Shown here: piece by piece, positions 21,480-31,821 of the stretch | Position numbering within the stretch: position 1 is the stretch's first letter | Layout: each line of letters opens with the position of its first letter | Origin: a virus | Length of the DNA stretch: 64,000 nt | IMG/VR virus record: IMGVR_UViG_3300045256_000653 | Location: 14,356-78,355 of that record | Reading direction: 5' to 3' (one strand) | Notes under the pieces: model-generated | What the model saw: the letters and a program-made list of their open reading frames with translations, nothing else | What the model was told of the DNA's origin: nothing | Database searches by the model: none | Made by a program: the position numbers and the translations under genes

Positions 21480-22250
21480 ATGGCTTCGGTTTACGGATAC
21501 GTTCCCACTCCCAGCTCCGTCAGCTTCAAGACCTACGGAGCGGCCATGCCGATGTTCAAGCCCGCGCTCAGCGGCGACATCGACCTCTCGCAATACTGCG
21601 TCGCCATGGACCAGTACGAGCTTTCGTCCTGCGTCGGCAACGGCACGTGTGAAGCCTTGGAGATGCTCGAATCGATGGCGCACGAGGGGATTCAGGGCTA
21701 CTCGCCCGTCCTTCTCTCGCGTCTCTTCATCTACAACGCCGCCCGCGAGAAGGAAGGCATTCTCGACCAGGATGCTGGCACGACAATCAGCACGGCCTTC
21801 GACGTGCTCGCGACGCTCGGCGTCTGCCGCGAAACCCTCTGGCCCTACCAGACATCGCTCGTCTTCCGGAGCCCGTCGATCCTTGCTCAACGCGAAGCCG
21901 TTGGGCACAAGATTCACTCGGCCTACAAGATCACTTCGACCGGCCAAAGCCGCATCGACGACATCATCAGCGCGCTCAGCTCGCGACACCCTGTCGTCTT
22001 CGGTACGCAGGTGACGAAGGCTTTCGAGCAGCTCAAAGGCCTCGGGCCGATGACGACACCCGGACCGAAGGACGTGATTGTCGGCGGTCACTGCATGGTG
22101 ATCGTCGGCTACCTCGGAGGGAACTTCCTCATCAAGAATTCTTGGGGGACGAGCTGGGGCCAAGGTGGCCTCTGCATGTTCACGCCCGACTATCTCGCAG
22201 ACAGCGTGACCCAGGACATCTGGGTTCCCACGCTCGGACCTGTTTTCTGA
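21480..22250 (+). CDS. Papain-like C1 cysteine peptidase
   Basis: DQ..LSSCVG catalytic Cys; GGHCMVIVGY; IKNSWGTSWG. Confidence 0.9.
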   Translation: MASVYGYVPTPSSVSFKTYGAAMPMFKPALSGDIDLSQYCVAMDQYELSSCVGNGTCEALEMLESMAHEGIQGYSPVLLSRLFIYNAAREKEGILDQDAGTTISTAFDVLATLGVCRETLWPYQTSLVFRSPSILAQREAVGHKIHSAYKITSTGQSRIDDIISALSSRHPVVFGTQVTKAFEQLKGLGPMTTPGPKDVIVGGHCMVIVGYLGGNFLIKNSWGTSWGQGGLCMFTPDYLADSVTQDIWVPTLGPVF

Positions 22251-22260
22251 CCGGAGAGCC

Positions 22261-22932
22261 ATGAGCACGATCGCTGAAAAGGTTGCCAAGAGGTTTGCGG
22301 ACGAGAAGCTTGTTGCGCGTGTGGCGACTCGCTATCGCGTGGCTCTCGAAGTAGGCCAGGGTGTCTTCACCCAGCATCTCAAGCTCCACCACTTCCACGG
22401 CAGTCTCCGCATCACCGACATGACGAATGCCGGCAAGCGGGGCAAGAAGGTCCGTGAGCTGACCGTCATCCCGAAAACCTTCGCGGACGATCTCTCGGAC
22501 AAGATCATCAAGCAAGCCGTCTCGGCGATCCTCCACATGACGTACGACCAGGCGAAAGATCACCTGGAAGACATCCTCACCCGCGAGGGCCACGAGAATC
22601 TCTACTCGCTCGAAGAGCGCGAGCTTCGTGGGATCGACGTCGAGCCGATGGGCACCAAGATCAACCTGGAGAAGAAATTCCCCAACGGAGAGATCGTCAC
22701 CATCGAGTCCTCGCCGCACGACTTTCTCGTGGTGGACAGCGTGCTCATCGAGGCGCCCGGGAAAGCCGCACACGGTCACCGCCAGGACACGTCGTACTGG
22801 CCCGTCGCCAAGAAAGACGGCATCACGTTCTACGGCTGGCTCAAGGACAATTTGAGCAAGGCCGCGAACATGAAGATGATGGAGCTACTCAAGGTTTTCG
22901 AGCAGCTCGGCATCCGCTACAACTCTCACTGA
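22261..22932 (+). CDS. Hypothetical protein with doubled KVAKRF/RVATRY motif
   Basis: 223 aa ORF. Confidence 0.7.
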   Translation: MSTIAEKVAKRFADEKLVARVATRYRVALEVGQGVFTQHLKLHHFHGSLRITDMTNAGKRGKKVRELTVIPKTFADDLSDKIIKQAVSAILHMTYDQAKDHLEDILTREGHENLYSLEERELRGIDVEPMGTKINLEKKFPNGEIVTIESSPHDFLVVDSVLIEAPGKAAHGHRQDTSYWPVAKKDGITFYGWLKDNLSKAANMKMMELLKVFEQLGIRYNSH

Positions 22933-23429
22933 CGGCGTAGTTTCTTCAACGCCATCTTCCTCGCCAACGCTCCCATGCGGTCGAGGGTGAGAATCCCGTC
23001 CAAGTGGTCGTACTCGTGTTGGATCGCCCGCGCGAGGAATTCGTCCGCTTCGATTTCGAAGGTTTCGCCCTTCACGTTCTTCGCCTGAATCTTGACCGTC
23101 TGAGCGCGATCGACGTACTCGTAGAGGCCCGGTAGCGAGAGGCATCCCTCCTGGCCCCGCTGCTTTCCCTGCATCATGAGGATGGTTGGGTTGATGAAGA
23201 CGAGAGCGCCGCTCGCATCCTTCGTGTCGGGCCACCAGATGTCCACGACGAAGAGCCGGATGTTTTGACCGATCTGCGGCGCCGCAAGGCCGACGCCGTT
23301 CGAGGCCACCATCGTCTCGATCATGTCGGCGGCGAGCGCCTCGATTTGCCCATCGATGACCGGAACAGCGTCGCACACCTCGTTCAGGCGATCGTCCGGA
23401 TACTTTACGAGACCGAGCTTGCTCACCAT
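22926..23429 (-). CDS. def: Peptide deformylase
   Basis: GVGLAAPQIG, EGCLS, QHEYDHLDG motifs. Confidence 0.95.
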   Translation of the reverse strand: MVSKLGLVKYPDDRLNEVCDAVPVIDGQIEALAADMIETMVASNGVGLAAPQIGQNIRLFVVDIWWPDTKDASGALVFINPTILMMQGKQRGQEGCLSLPGLYEYVDRAQTVKIQAKNVKGETFEIEADEFLARAIQHEYDHLDGILTLDRMGALARKMALKKLRRQ

Positions 23430-23654
23430 GGATATTACACCGGTTCTCCGCCGAGTTCCCGGGCGATACGCATGATGACGGCTTCCTCGTTTGGGGAGGC
23501 GACGATCACGTGGACCTTGTTTCCGTCTCGGAGGCAAGGCGCACCATAGGTGAATGCGGCCCTGCGAATGAAGAGTTTCACCTGCTTGGCCGAGCCGAAG
23601 AGTACAGCGAAGGAACGAGCCCGGCCCACAACAAGCCGGTGTAACAAGTGCACG

Positions 23655-24281
23655 ATGACCGCTCAAGGGATCCTCAGCGATCTGGCTATTTGCAGGGCTA
23701 TCGAACTCGGACACATCCGTATCGATCCCTTCAAGCCGGAGCACGTGAACCCCGCGAGCTACGACCTCACGTTGGGCAAGCACGTCGGCACGTACGATCG
23801 GTGGGTATCGCAAGTCCCGTTTTACCAACACGATCCCATGGATGGGAACACGTTTCTCTTGCGTAAAGACATGGTGCTCGATGTCCGCGACAAGCCCACG
23901 TTCTCAACGCAAGAGATCGATCCAGAAGTGGGGTGGGTCCTCAAACCGGGCATCGGTTACTTGATGCACACGGAGGAGAGGATCTGGACCGAACGCTACG
24001 TCCCCATCGTGGACGGCAAGTCGAGCATCGGACGCCTCTTCATCCAGATCCACGCAACGGCAGGCTACGGGGACCCGGGCTTCGATGGCCAGTACACGCT
24101 CGAAGTTCTCGTTGCACATCCCGTCCGCGTCTACCCGGGCATGCGAATCGGGCAGATCCGATTTCACACGCTCGCGGGGGAAGTAGGTACCAACTACAAG
24201 GCGACCGGCAACTACAAGAACCACGACGCCATCGGGCCGGTCCCCTCCAAGGCGTACAAGCAATTCGAGAAGAAGACATGA
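23655..24281 (+). CDS. dcd: dCTP deaminase
   Basis: ILSD..VNPASYDLTLG; DGKSSIGRL; DPGFDGQYTLE; GMRIGQ. Confidence 0.9.
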   Translation: MTAQGILSDLAICRAIELGHIRIDPFKPEHVNPASYDLTLGKHVGTYDRWVSQVPFYQHDPMDGNTFLLRKDMVLDVRDKPTFSTQEIDPEVGWVLKPGIGYLMHTEERIWTERYVPIVDGKSSIGRLFIQIHATAGYGDPGFDGQYTLEVLVAHPVRVYPGMRIGQIRFHTLAGEVGTNYKATGNYKNHDAIGPVPSKAYKQFEKKT

Positions 24282-24553
24282 TCGACCCGTTCGTCATTGC
24301 CATCCTTTTCCTTGCGATCTTGGGAGTCGCCCTGTGTCTGGAATGGGTCATCCACCAGATCACCAAGTTCGTCTTCCGCAGGGTCATGAAGGGCTATCCC
24401 CACAAGACCATGAAGAAGGCTGACGTGGACGCAGTGCTCCGGGAACACTGGGAGAAGCAAGGTCTCAAGATCGAGATCATGGAGCGCGTCGGAACCGAGA
24501 TCCTCATTTGGGGCGAAAGGCCCGACGAAGACGAGGAAAAGTCAACCGACTAG
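24278..24553 (+). CDS. Small membrane protein
   Basis: ATGA overlap; N-terminal hydrophobic helix. Confidence 0.6.
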   Translation: MIDPFVIAILFLAILGVALCLEWVIHQITKFVFRRVMKGYPHKTMKKADVDAVLREHWEKQGLKIEIMERVGTEILIWGERPDEDEEKSTD

Positions 24554-24615
24554 CATAGTTACAGGATCCGGTGTATGTACCATTTGATCCGGCCCTCCCC
24601 GGTTGTACATCCACC

Positions 24616-25311
24616 ATGGACGCTATCAAAGTCGGTGTTGGCACCAGGTTCCACTCGATCCTCATGGACGGAAACCCTCTCTGGGAGGTGACCCGTCCCC
24701 GAGGGAAAGGCGTCTGGGAAGCCAAGGTCGTCGAATCGCTCGACCATCTCGGAACGAAAAAGGTCTTCACCACGGAGGGAATTCGCCGATCCGTGGGCAT
24801 GGAACGAATGTTCGTGGCGAGCGCGAGGGACTCCAACAAGTTCTACGCGGACAACCTCGGCAAGGTCATTCACTACCACAACTCCTTTGGCCAGTTCGTC
24901 CGCTGCCTCGTCGTCATGGGGACGACGGTCCACAACAAGGAGCCGCACCCGTGCGCGAAACCGATCGCGCTCGTCGGCAAGTGGGGCCCCAACGATCTTC
25001 CGAAACGCCTTCCGAATGGCGAGGTTCGCCTCGGTTATCATGCCGAAAGCATCGCGAAGGGTGAATGCTTCGAGCCCCATTCTTCCTGCATCTACGAAGC
25101 TGGCGGTAGGAGCGCTCAGGGTCACGGTGACCCGGCCGGGATGCCCGAGATCGATCTCAGCGTCCCGCCGATCACGTCGGAGCAAGAGAAGCAAGCGCGC
25201 CTGTGGAAGGCCACGGAGGCCGCCCGCGCTGCACTCGACGACTACAAGGAAGAGGATCCGGCCGCGCGTCTTGCGAAGGCGCTCGACATTATCAAAGGAG
25301 CCCTCTCGTGA
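24616..25311 (+). CDS. Hypothetical protein
   Basis: Long ORF in co-directional run. Confidence 0.65.
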   Translation: MDAIKVGVGTRFHSILMDGNPLWEVTRPRGKGVWEAKVVESLDHLGTKKVFTTEGIRRSVGMERMFVASARDSNKFYADNLGKVIHYHNSFGQFVRCLVVMGTTVHNKEPHPCAKPIALVGKWGPNDLPKRLPNGEVRLGYHAESIAKGECFEPHSSCIYEAGGRSAQGHGDPAGMPEIDLSVPPITSEQEKQARLWKATEAARAALDDYKEEDPAARLAKALDIIKGALS

Positions 25312-25682
25312 AGACCATCCTCATCATCGATGACGAGCCCATGATTCGAAGGGGGCTGGTACGTCTCTTCTTCAGGGAGGGTATGGCCGGCCTTCTCACG
25401 ATTCGGGAGGCGTCCAACGGCGCCGAGGCCCTCAAGATGCTGGAGGACGGTCTTGTGCCCTCCCTGATCATCTGCGATCTCGACATGCCCGTGATGAACG
25501 GCGCCGAGTTCATGCGTCGCCGGGCCAAGACGGCCTTCGCGACCATCCCCCTCATCCTCCACTCGGGAAACCCCGACGTTTTCGTGCTCGCTGATGAATT
25601 CGGGGTCGGCGCCTTCCACAAGGGCGACCCCATCCCGGAACTCAAAGAGCAGATCGCTGCGGCCCTCGAAAAGGTCGTTTGA
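25308..25682 (+). CDS. Single-domain response regulator (receiver)
   Basis: ILIIDDEP..ASNGAEAL..CDLDMPVMNG..K motifs. Confidence 0.9.
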   Translation: MKTILIIDDEPMIRRGLVRLFFREGMAGLLTIREASNGAEALKMLEDGLVPSLIICDLDMPVMNGAEFMRRRAKTAFATIPLILHSGNPDVFVLADEFGVGAFHKGDPIPELKEQIAAALEKVV

Positions 25683-25710
25683 TCACAACCCCCAAACTTG
25701 TATGTGAGAC

Positions 25711-26082
25711 ATGCTCAGGAAATTTCGCTACGAGGCAAAAGCAGTCTTGAAGCTCACGCGAGCGGCCCATGCCCATCTCATGGACATGTCCCAGCGTCAC
25801 TACGACATGAAGTGCAAGGGAATCAGCTCGCCCGGCATCGGCAGCTTCCTCTACGGGTGGGGCGCCGAGTTTCGTGACGTAAGTACGGAGTCGGACACCA
25901 TCGAGGTCTTCGCGAGGGCGCACGAGTTGGACACCCTCTGCAAGATCATGGAGCTTCCGCCTGCGGACCCGGATCTCCGCAAGGCTCTACAGACCGCGCT
26001 CGAAGAGACGATCGCCGAAAACCTTCGCGTGAACGGCGGACCGCCGTTCCCCACGCTCAAGATCAAGAAAGGGGACGAGTGA
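25711..26082 (+). CDS. Hypothetical protein
   Basis: 123 aa, coupled to next gene. Confidence 0.6.
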   Translation: MLRKFRYEAKAVLKLTRAAHAHLMDMSQRHYDMKCKGISSPGIGSFLYGWGAEFRDVSTESDTIEVFARAHELDTLCKIMELPPADPDLRKALQTALEETIAENLRVNGGPPFPTLKIKKGDE

Positions 26083-26711
26083 TGTTCCCCGAAATGTACA
26101 CCAAGGTCCCGGCTGGCAAGCTCAACACCGCCGAGGTCACGCACACCGTCGTGACGAAGGAAGACTCGGACTTCACGAGCATCCGCGCCGTCATGGGTCG
26201 AGACGAATACGTGCCGCCCGGCACGATCACGCGCCTCCTCATCAACGGCGAGATCATGATGTCGGACACGCCGATGGAGAAGAACTCGAACTTCCACGTC
26301 GTCCGCCGCGCGAAGGGTCACGTGTTCATCGCGGGTCTCGGACTCGGCATGATTCTCTGGCCCATTCTCGCGAAGCCCGAAGTGCTCCGGGTCGTCGTGG
26401 TGGAGATGAACCCCGACGTGATCAACCTCGTGGGCCCGCACACCCCAAAGGATCCCCGGCTCACGATCGTCCAGGCGGACGCGTTTGCGTACAAGCCGAC
26501 GACGAAGTTCGACGTCATCTACTTCGACATCTGGCCGAGCACCACGACGGACAACCTTCCCGAGATGGCGAAGCTTCACCGCCGCTACGGCCGCTTTCTC
26601 CAAACCGGTGGCTGGATGGAGTCGTGGCAGCGCGGCTTGCTCCGGGCCCGCCGTCGCCGCGAGCAGCGGGAAGAGCGCGAGTACCAATCGTTCGCCCGAG
26701 TGTTCCGCTAA
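26082..26711 (+). CDS. Class I SAM-dependent methyltransferase-fold protein (spermidine-synthase-like)
   Basis: VFIAGLGLGM, VVVEMNPDVI, ADAF, FDVIYFDIW. Confidence 0.8.
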   Translation: MFPEMYTKVPAGKLNTAEVTHTVVTKEDSDFTSIRAVMGRDEYVPPGTITRLLINGEIMMSDTPMEKNSNFHVVRRAKGHVFIAGLGLGMILWPILAKPEVLRVVVVEMNPDVINLVGPHTPKDPRLTIVQADAFAYKPTTKFDVIYFDIWPSTTTDNLPEMAKLHRRYGRFLQTGGWMESWQRGLLRARRRREQREEREYQSFARVFR

Positions 26712-27100
26712 TGCCGGGGCACCGCGCAGTCGAGACCATGCTCGTCGTCTTCAACGAGCAGACGGTTGATGCCTGCTTTGCCCGCGCGAAGAACTACTTC
26801 GAGCAGCGGGTTGACCATCCGGGCGATGCGTTACTGCGGGATGGGATTCATCGCTGCGAGCGAGACCTAGGGCGGCTTCCGACCACCAAAGAGGTGATGG
26901 CAGCCTGTTGCCTTACGAAGGAGCAGAAGCATCGGACGGTCGAGTTGCTTTCCGCTATCCGAGAGTACCGCGCTGTCGATTACGACGACTTTGAGCACGT
27001 GGGAGGGTACCGGGAAGGGGCAAGGCCGAAGGCCGCTTCTAGGAGCCGCCCAGACAGGCTGGCGCGCCTTTACGAGCGCATCCGAGGCTTGTTCTCTTAG
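26711..27100 (+). CDS. Hypothetical protein
   Basis: TAATG coupling. Confidence 0.5.
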   Translation: MPGHRAVETMLVVFNEQTVDACFARAKNYFEQRVDHPGDALLRDGIHRCERDLGRLPTTKEVMAACCLTKEQKHRTVELLSAIREYRAVDYDDFEHVGGYREGARPKAASRSRPDRLARLYERIRGLFS

Positions 27101-27384
27101 GCTTTCGCCATCGGGTGACACACGCCGTGCGTGATGAGGGCGAAGAGGAAGATCCCGGCGCGAATGTCTTCGGGCGGATCTCCGACGATGCGGATCCGGA
27201 TGTGCTGGTGCTCGGCGAGCGCGTTGAGAATCGTCTCCATCGCTTCGCCGGGCGTGACTTCCGGTCCGATCTCGGCCGCCATTTGTTGAACCATCTCTAG
27301 AGGGCTGCCGCGATAAATCAGCGGACCCTCTTTTGAATACGTCCAGACGGCCAAGGGAAGATCTTCGAGGAACTTCAGATTCAC
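27097..27384 (-). CDS. Hypothetical protein
   Basis: GTGA coupling to upstream gene. Confidence 0.55.
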   Translation of the reverse strand: MNLKFLEDLPLAVWTYSKEGPLIYRGSPLEMVQQMAAEIGPEVTPGEAMETILNALAEHQHIRIRIVGDPPEDIRAGIFLFALITHGVCHPMAKA

Positions 27385-27695
27385 TCGATGACCTGAGGAG
27401 CGTGCCGCGCCGGAGAGAGCTTTCGGCGAACGCCGCCAGTCTTCTTCACGGCTTTCCACACGGGAGCGGCGTCCATCGATTCCACAGAGAGAATTTGACG
27501 CGTCGAGTCGAAGCTCACAACTTTGATTCGGAACTCCCCAACAACGTCGAGGATTTCATTCCGTCCGCCCTTTTGACGCGCGATGCGGAGCCGCAGTTGA
27601 AGACGGTCCCCCACACGAAGAGGAGAGGGAAGATCCATCTTCGCTTTCGGCTTGTCGAGGACATCTTCGAACTGCACGATCGTGGCGGGGTTCAT
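27381..27695 (-). CDS. Hypothetical protein
   Basis: MNPATIVQF..., 104 aa. Confidence 0.55.
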   Translation of the reverse strand: MNPATIVQFEDVLDKPKAKMDLPSPLRVGDRLQLRLRIARQKGGRNEILDVVGEFRIKVVSFDSTRQILSVESMDAAPVWKAVKKTGGVRRKLSPARHAPQVIE

Positions 27696-28399
27696 GCCTT
27701 GTCGATCGCATCGAAGCTTTGATTGACGAAATCCTTCATACCTACACGTTGGCCAATGGCCGAGCGTCGCATCAACAAACAAACGCGAATGAAACCTTGC
27801 GCGTGTCTCGTTTGAAGGTGTAGACCTGTTCCGATCGAGCGGTTCTCGATTTCGGTTCCCAGGTTCCGTACCTCCTTCGAGGGGTCGGGGTGCCATCATG
27901 CTCGGATGGGCAACACCTCGAAAAACCAACTGCCTCAGTTCAGGACGAACCGTAGCTCGTAAGAGTTAGCTCCTGAAGTGGACCTCGGAAGCCGTTACGA
28001 TTGGGTTGGGCAACCTTACAGGCTTCCGAAGGAGAGATGGACAGGGAATCGGAATTCCCGGAAACAGTCCGTCTTGGTCGAAGTAGCGTGACCGAGGTCG
28101 ATTCCGAGAGCTTCAAGCTCAAGACCTCACGTTCGGACAAGTAGGATCAAATTAAAATACCTACTGTCCGAAGCGAAGCTGAGGACTCCAAAACAAACCG
28201 AACAAATGCAGCGATCGAAACAGCAACACGAAGTGATGAAACGGTCAGCAGTCGTACAACGACACGTCTAGAGGAAGCACCCGATGAACATGCGATGCGC
28301 TTTTCGCTTGCTTGATTCGAGTTGATGCGATAACTTCGGTCCTAAGCTCGTAGACTTCCCAGCCCGAAATTCGGGCGGGCTGTCTCCTTGCAGGAGAAA

Positions 28400-28840
28400 G
28401 TGATGCTGAAGAAGGCTCAGGAGGTGATCGCCTCCGGCAACGTCCGTTCTGTCGTGGATTACGGGATCGAACTCGATCGCGGAATAAAGGACGAACGGAG
28501 AGAGCTGGAAGTGATCAAGGATTTTCTGCGGAAGATTGGAGAGACCAGCCTCGCCGATCGGAGAACGGAGAAGACCGTGGACGTCCAAGGCAACCTCGGA
28601 AGTGTCTCGATCACGTACCCAGCGGATCGACCGAGGGTGAAGTCGAATGTGGACATCCTCGCTGCGGAACCGGGAATCCCGGAAGCGGTCTTCAAGGTTC
28701 TCTTCACGAAGAGGGTCGTCGTCGATCTCGCCGAAGGGTTCCTAGAGAAGCTGGAAAACCTCTCGGACGAAGATCGGGAAATGATCTTGAACCTCGTGGA
28801 GATCGAATCTTCGACGCCCCGTGTGAGTTGGCCGAAATGA
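28400..28840 (+). CDS. Hypothetical protein
   Basis: AGGAG SD before GTG. Confidence 0.65.
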   Translation: MMLKKAQEVIASGNVRSVVDYGIELDRGIKDERRELEVIKDFLRKIGETSLADRRTEKTVDVQGNLGSVSITYPADRPRVKSNVDILAAEPGIPEAVFKVLFTKRVVVDLAEGFLEKLENLSDEDREMILNLVEIESSTPRVSWPK

Positions 28841-28847
28841 AGGCGAA

Positions 28848-29537
28848 CTACTTTTTGAACTGCGCGCCGTCCGAGAAGAACGTGGCGGCATACGTCCAGG
28901 AGATGACCGGGTGACTTTCGGTTCCGAACTGCGATCCAAGCTCCAGGGCACGCCGGTAGAACTTGTGTGCCGACTTCCGGTTCTCGGAAGAGAGTTGCAA
29001 GATCGCCTCGCCCCAGAAGTACAAGGCGAGGAGATGGATCGCTCCGGAACGGGACGCAGCCGGTTCTCGGGGAATGGGACGCTTTCGGAGGCGGCGGATC
29101 TCTCTTGCAGCAAGCGCAGTTTTTCCGCGCGCCAAATCGACCCACGCACAACCGGTGGCGTCGCTTACGTACGCTTCCCACGGGCGCCGGAGGAGCGGTT
29201 CGTCAAGGGCAACGATGTCCTCTCCAACAATGAGCTGCATCGCGGCCTCGATGACCTCTTCGCTGTACGTCCTCGGTTCGTACATCGAGAGGAAATCTCG
29301 AACGAGTTCGCGGGTTGCATTCGGGTGCGCGCCGGTGTCGGCAGCGAGAGTGGCCGCTCGGAGAACACGCATCTCTCGGACGGTCCAATTCGTGGATCGC
29401 TCGTCCGGCTCGGTGACACTTACCGAGGAATCTCGGCGCGTCCGTTCCGACTCTTCGAAAACATCCCGCATGGCCTCGGTGGACTTCGACGCAAAGGTCG
29501 AGCCAACCGCTCGGAGCAGGTTTCGAGATGAGTTCAC
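28848..29537 (-). CDS. Hypothetical protein
   Basis: Preceded by CGGTGTA motif; start uncertain. Confidence 0.55.
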   Translation of the reverse strand: MNSSRNLLRAVGSTFASKSTEAMRDVFEESERTRRDSSVSVTEPDERSTNWTVREMRVLRAATLAADTGAHPNATRELVRDFLSMYEPRTYSEEVIEAAMQLIVGEDIVALDEPLLRRPWEAYVSDATGCAWVDLARGKTALAAREIRRLRKRPIPREPAASRSGAIHLLALYFWGEAILQLSSENRKSAHKFYRRALELGSQFGTESHPVISWTYAATFFSDGAQFKK

Positions 29538-29832
29538 ATTCCTCTTATACACCGTCCACACCCTTCTTGAATAGGGCCGCGTGTGTAAAAGCAGAACACG
29601 GCCCATCCTCCCCGTTTAACGGAAAGAATACAACGACTTTCGCGATGGGCGCAACATTTTCATTTACGACGTCGGGCAAAGTCTGTAGAAGGGAAAATTC
29701 CTACTCTGGCCGGCTACTTCATCTTCGCTTGAAAAAGGTGGTGGGCAGAACCGAGGCTTTTGATCGGGTTCGAGTTCGCTTGTACGAAACGTACGGGACC
29801 CTAGGAGAGGGTTCCAGTCGAGAGGGGTCCTC

Positions 29833-30825
29833 ATGGGTAACGTGACGATGGTGCAGTCGCAGTCTTTGGCGTCCGAATCGATGATCGAGGCTTGCTGGCC
29901 CGAGGACATCCCTAGGAATTACAAGGAGATGGAAAAGCAGTACGGCGGCTTCGTCGCTGCGACCTTGCGCAAGTACAACAAGGTCAATCGGAATTTCTCG
30001 GAGCTTCTCGCGCACATCTGGATGCGCTTGATCCACGTGGACGTGATCGGCAAATTCATGGCCTCCGTCGCGGAAAAGATGCCGCGCACGATGACGGCCA
30101 CGGAAGCGTGCCACCTCTTGGGGGTCACCTTCGGACAGTGGCGCACGAAGATGTGGGCGTACCACGTCGGCGATCCCGTCATCCGCAACGGCCGCATGGT
30201 GTGCCGCAAACAGGGCGGCTGGATGCCGACGCCGATCAACGCCGAGATCTTCCTCAAGAAGACGAACGGCAAGTCGAACGGCTACTCCTCGAAGAATGCG
30301 ATCTTCGCCTCCGAGGACATCATGAAGCTCGCCTCCGACGAGCACGAATTGAAGAACGGCGGCGTTCGCGGCCCGTTCGCCAAGCAGGGACCGCTCAACC
30401 TCCCGCAGCTCAAGGCGACGAAGGGCCATTTCCAGGCGTACCTGGCACGCACGATCCACTCGAACTTCGCGAACTGGTGCCGCACCGACGAGCGCAAGTA
30501 CAGCAAAGATCGCCCGATGTTCCTCCGTACGGACGAAGAGGGCGAGGAGAGCAACTGGGAGGCGAATCTCGCCGACCCGCGTAGCTCGGGCCAAGAGACG
30601 ACGGCCATGGTCAGCGAGGCGTGCAAGCGCCTCTCGACGACGCTCTACTCCGCGATGGAGGGCGTTCCCTCGTGCAAGCCCGTCGAGGAGCACGAGACCG
30701 AGATGTTCGAGCTTCTGGAGGACGGCTACACGCTGCCCGAGGTCGTCCGCAAGATGGACATCCCGGAGAAGGCCAAGAAGGCCATTCTCCGCTCCGTCGC
30801 CGATCTTCGCTCGCACGCTGCCTGA
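29833..30825 (+). CDS. Divergent ECF-type sigma-factor-like protein with large insertion
   Basis: ELLAHIWMRL...FQAYLARTIHSNFANWCR (region 2-like), LLEDGYTLPEVVRKMDI (region 4-like HTH). Confidence 0.55.
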   Translation: MGNVTMVQSQSLASESMIEACWPEDIPRNYKEMEKQYGGFVAATLRKYNKVNRNFSELLAHIWMRLIHVDVIGKFMASVAEKMPRTMTATEACHLLGVTFGQWRTKMWAYHVGDPVIRNGRMVCRKQGGWMPTPINAEIFLKKTNGKSNGYSSKNAIFASEDIMKLASDEHELKNGGVRGPFAKQGPLNLPQLKATKGHFQAYLARTIHSNFANWCRTDERKYSKDRPMFLRTDEEGEESNWEANLADPRSSGQETTAMVSEACKRLSTTLYSAMEGVPSCKPVEEHETEMFELLEDGYTLPEVVRKMDIPEKAKKAILRSVADLRSHAA

Positions 30826-30860
30826 TCGGGTAATCCTCTTGTCCGGCGTCTTCGGACAGG

Positions 30861-31802
30861 ATGGATCCCGTCTCTAAGCTCATCCTTGCCTCGTCGGAAG
30901 TGCGGCGCCGTCTTTGGGCGTCGCTTTCGTGGAACGAACGGTTTGCTGAGGTTTTCACGGTTCTTGCCGAGGCGACCCACGAGCCGTTCAGCCGGGCAAT
31001 GGCCGCGATGTTCTTGCTTGCCGGGGTTCGCGGGATGCCCCCGATCAAGGGCCAGAGCCCCGAAGAGTTCATGGCCGCTTTCAAGGGCGGAAAGCATGGA
31101 CAGGGTTCGTGGCACTCCCAAGTCAACGCGCTCACGGCCATGCTTCCGCGTGGGTATGCGGGCGTCATTGGGGGTGCCGCCTTCAAGCAGGCGCTTGCCG
31201 TTTCCCGCAACAACATCGACACGGCCGAAGACATCCTGTCGATGGTCCTCACGACGTTTCTCGGCGGGGCGGGTCAGAACATCAAGCCGGTTAGCTTCGG
31301 CGAGGCGATCAAGCTCGTTCAGACGTCGGCGCACAACACTGGAATCAACCTCGGAAAGAAGCGCCAGCGCGAGGTGATGCCGGGTGCGGGGGAAGAAGAT
31401 GACGAGCGTTCGGGCGTTCCCGAGGGGATCGCTCCGGGCGTTCACAACCTCGACGAGCTTGCGCACAAGCACGTGAAGCTCCTGCTCGAAGCGATGCATT
31501 CGAGCGCCCTCAAGAGCGAGCTGGAACACATCCATCCGAGCGCGGTCCAGTACGTCGAGCTTCTCCTGGAAGGCTACGACAAGTCCGAGATCCTCGGCAT
31601 GACGCCGCGCGGGCAGGCGCTCCCGGGCGGGTCGAAGTTGAAGCACCCGGTCACGAAGAGCGGACAGCCGCTCACGCCGCAAAACTGGTCCCCGTACGAG
31701 AAGAAGATCTTCGACACCATCCGTGGCTTCGCTGCAAAACACCACATTCACGAGCAGCGCGAGCACATGATGGAGCCGGTCTACGCGTACAGCAGGGCCT
31801 AA
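30861..31802 (+). CDS. Second divergent sigma-factor-like protein
   Basis: DTAEDILSMVL..AHNTGINLGKKRQRE..LLLEGYDKSEILGM. Confidence 0.45.
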   Translation: MDPVSKLILASSEVRRRLWASLSWNERFAEVFTVLAEATHEPFSRAMAAMFLLAGVRGMPPIKGQSPEEFMAAFKGGKHGQGSWHSQVNALTAMLPRGYAGVIGGAAFKQALAVSRNNIDTAEDILSMVLTTFLGGAGQNIKPVSFGEAIKLVQTSAHNTGINLGKKRQREVMPGAGEEDDERSGVPEGIAPGVHNLDELAHKHVKLLLEAMHSSALKSELEHIHPSAVQYVELLLEGYDKSEILGMTPRGQALPGGSKLKHPVTKSGQPLTPQNWSPYEKKIFDTIRGFAAKHHIHEQREHMMEPVYAYSRA

Positions 31803-31821
31803 CCCGGTGTAACCCGGGTGA

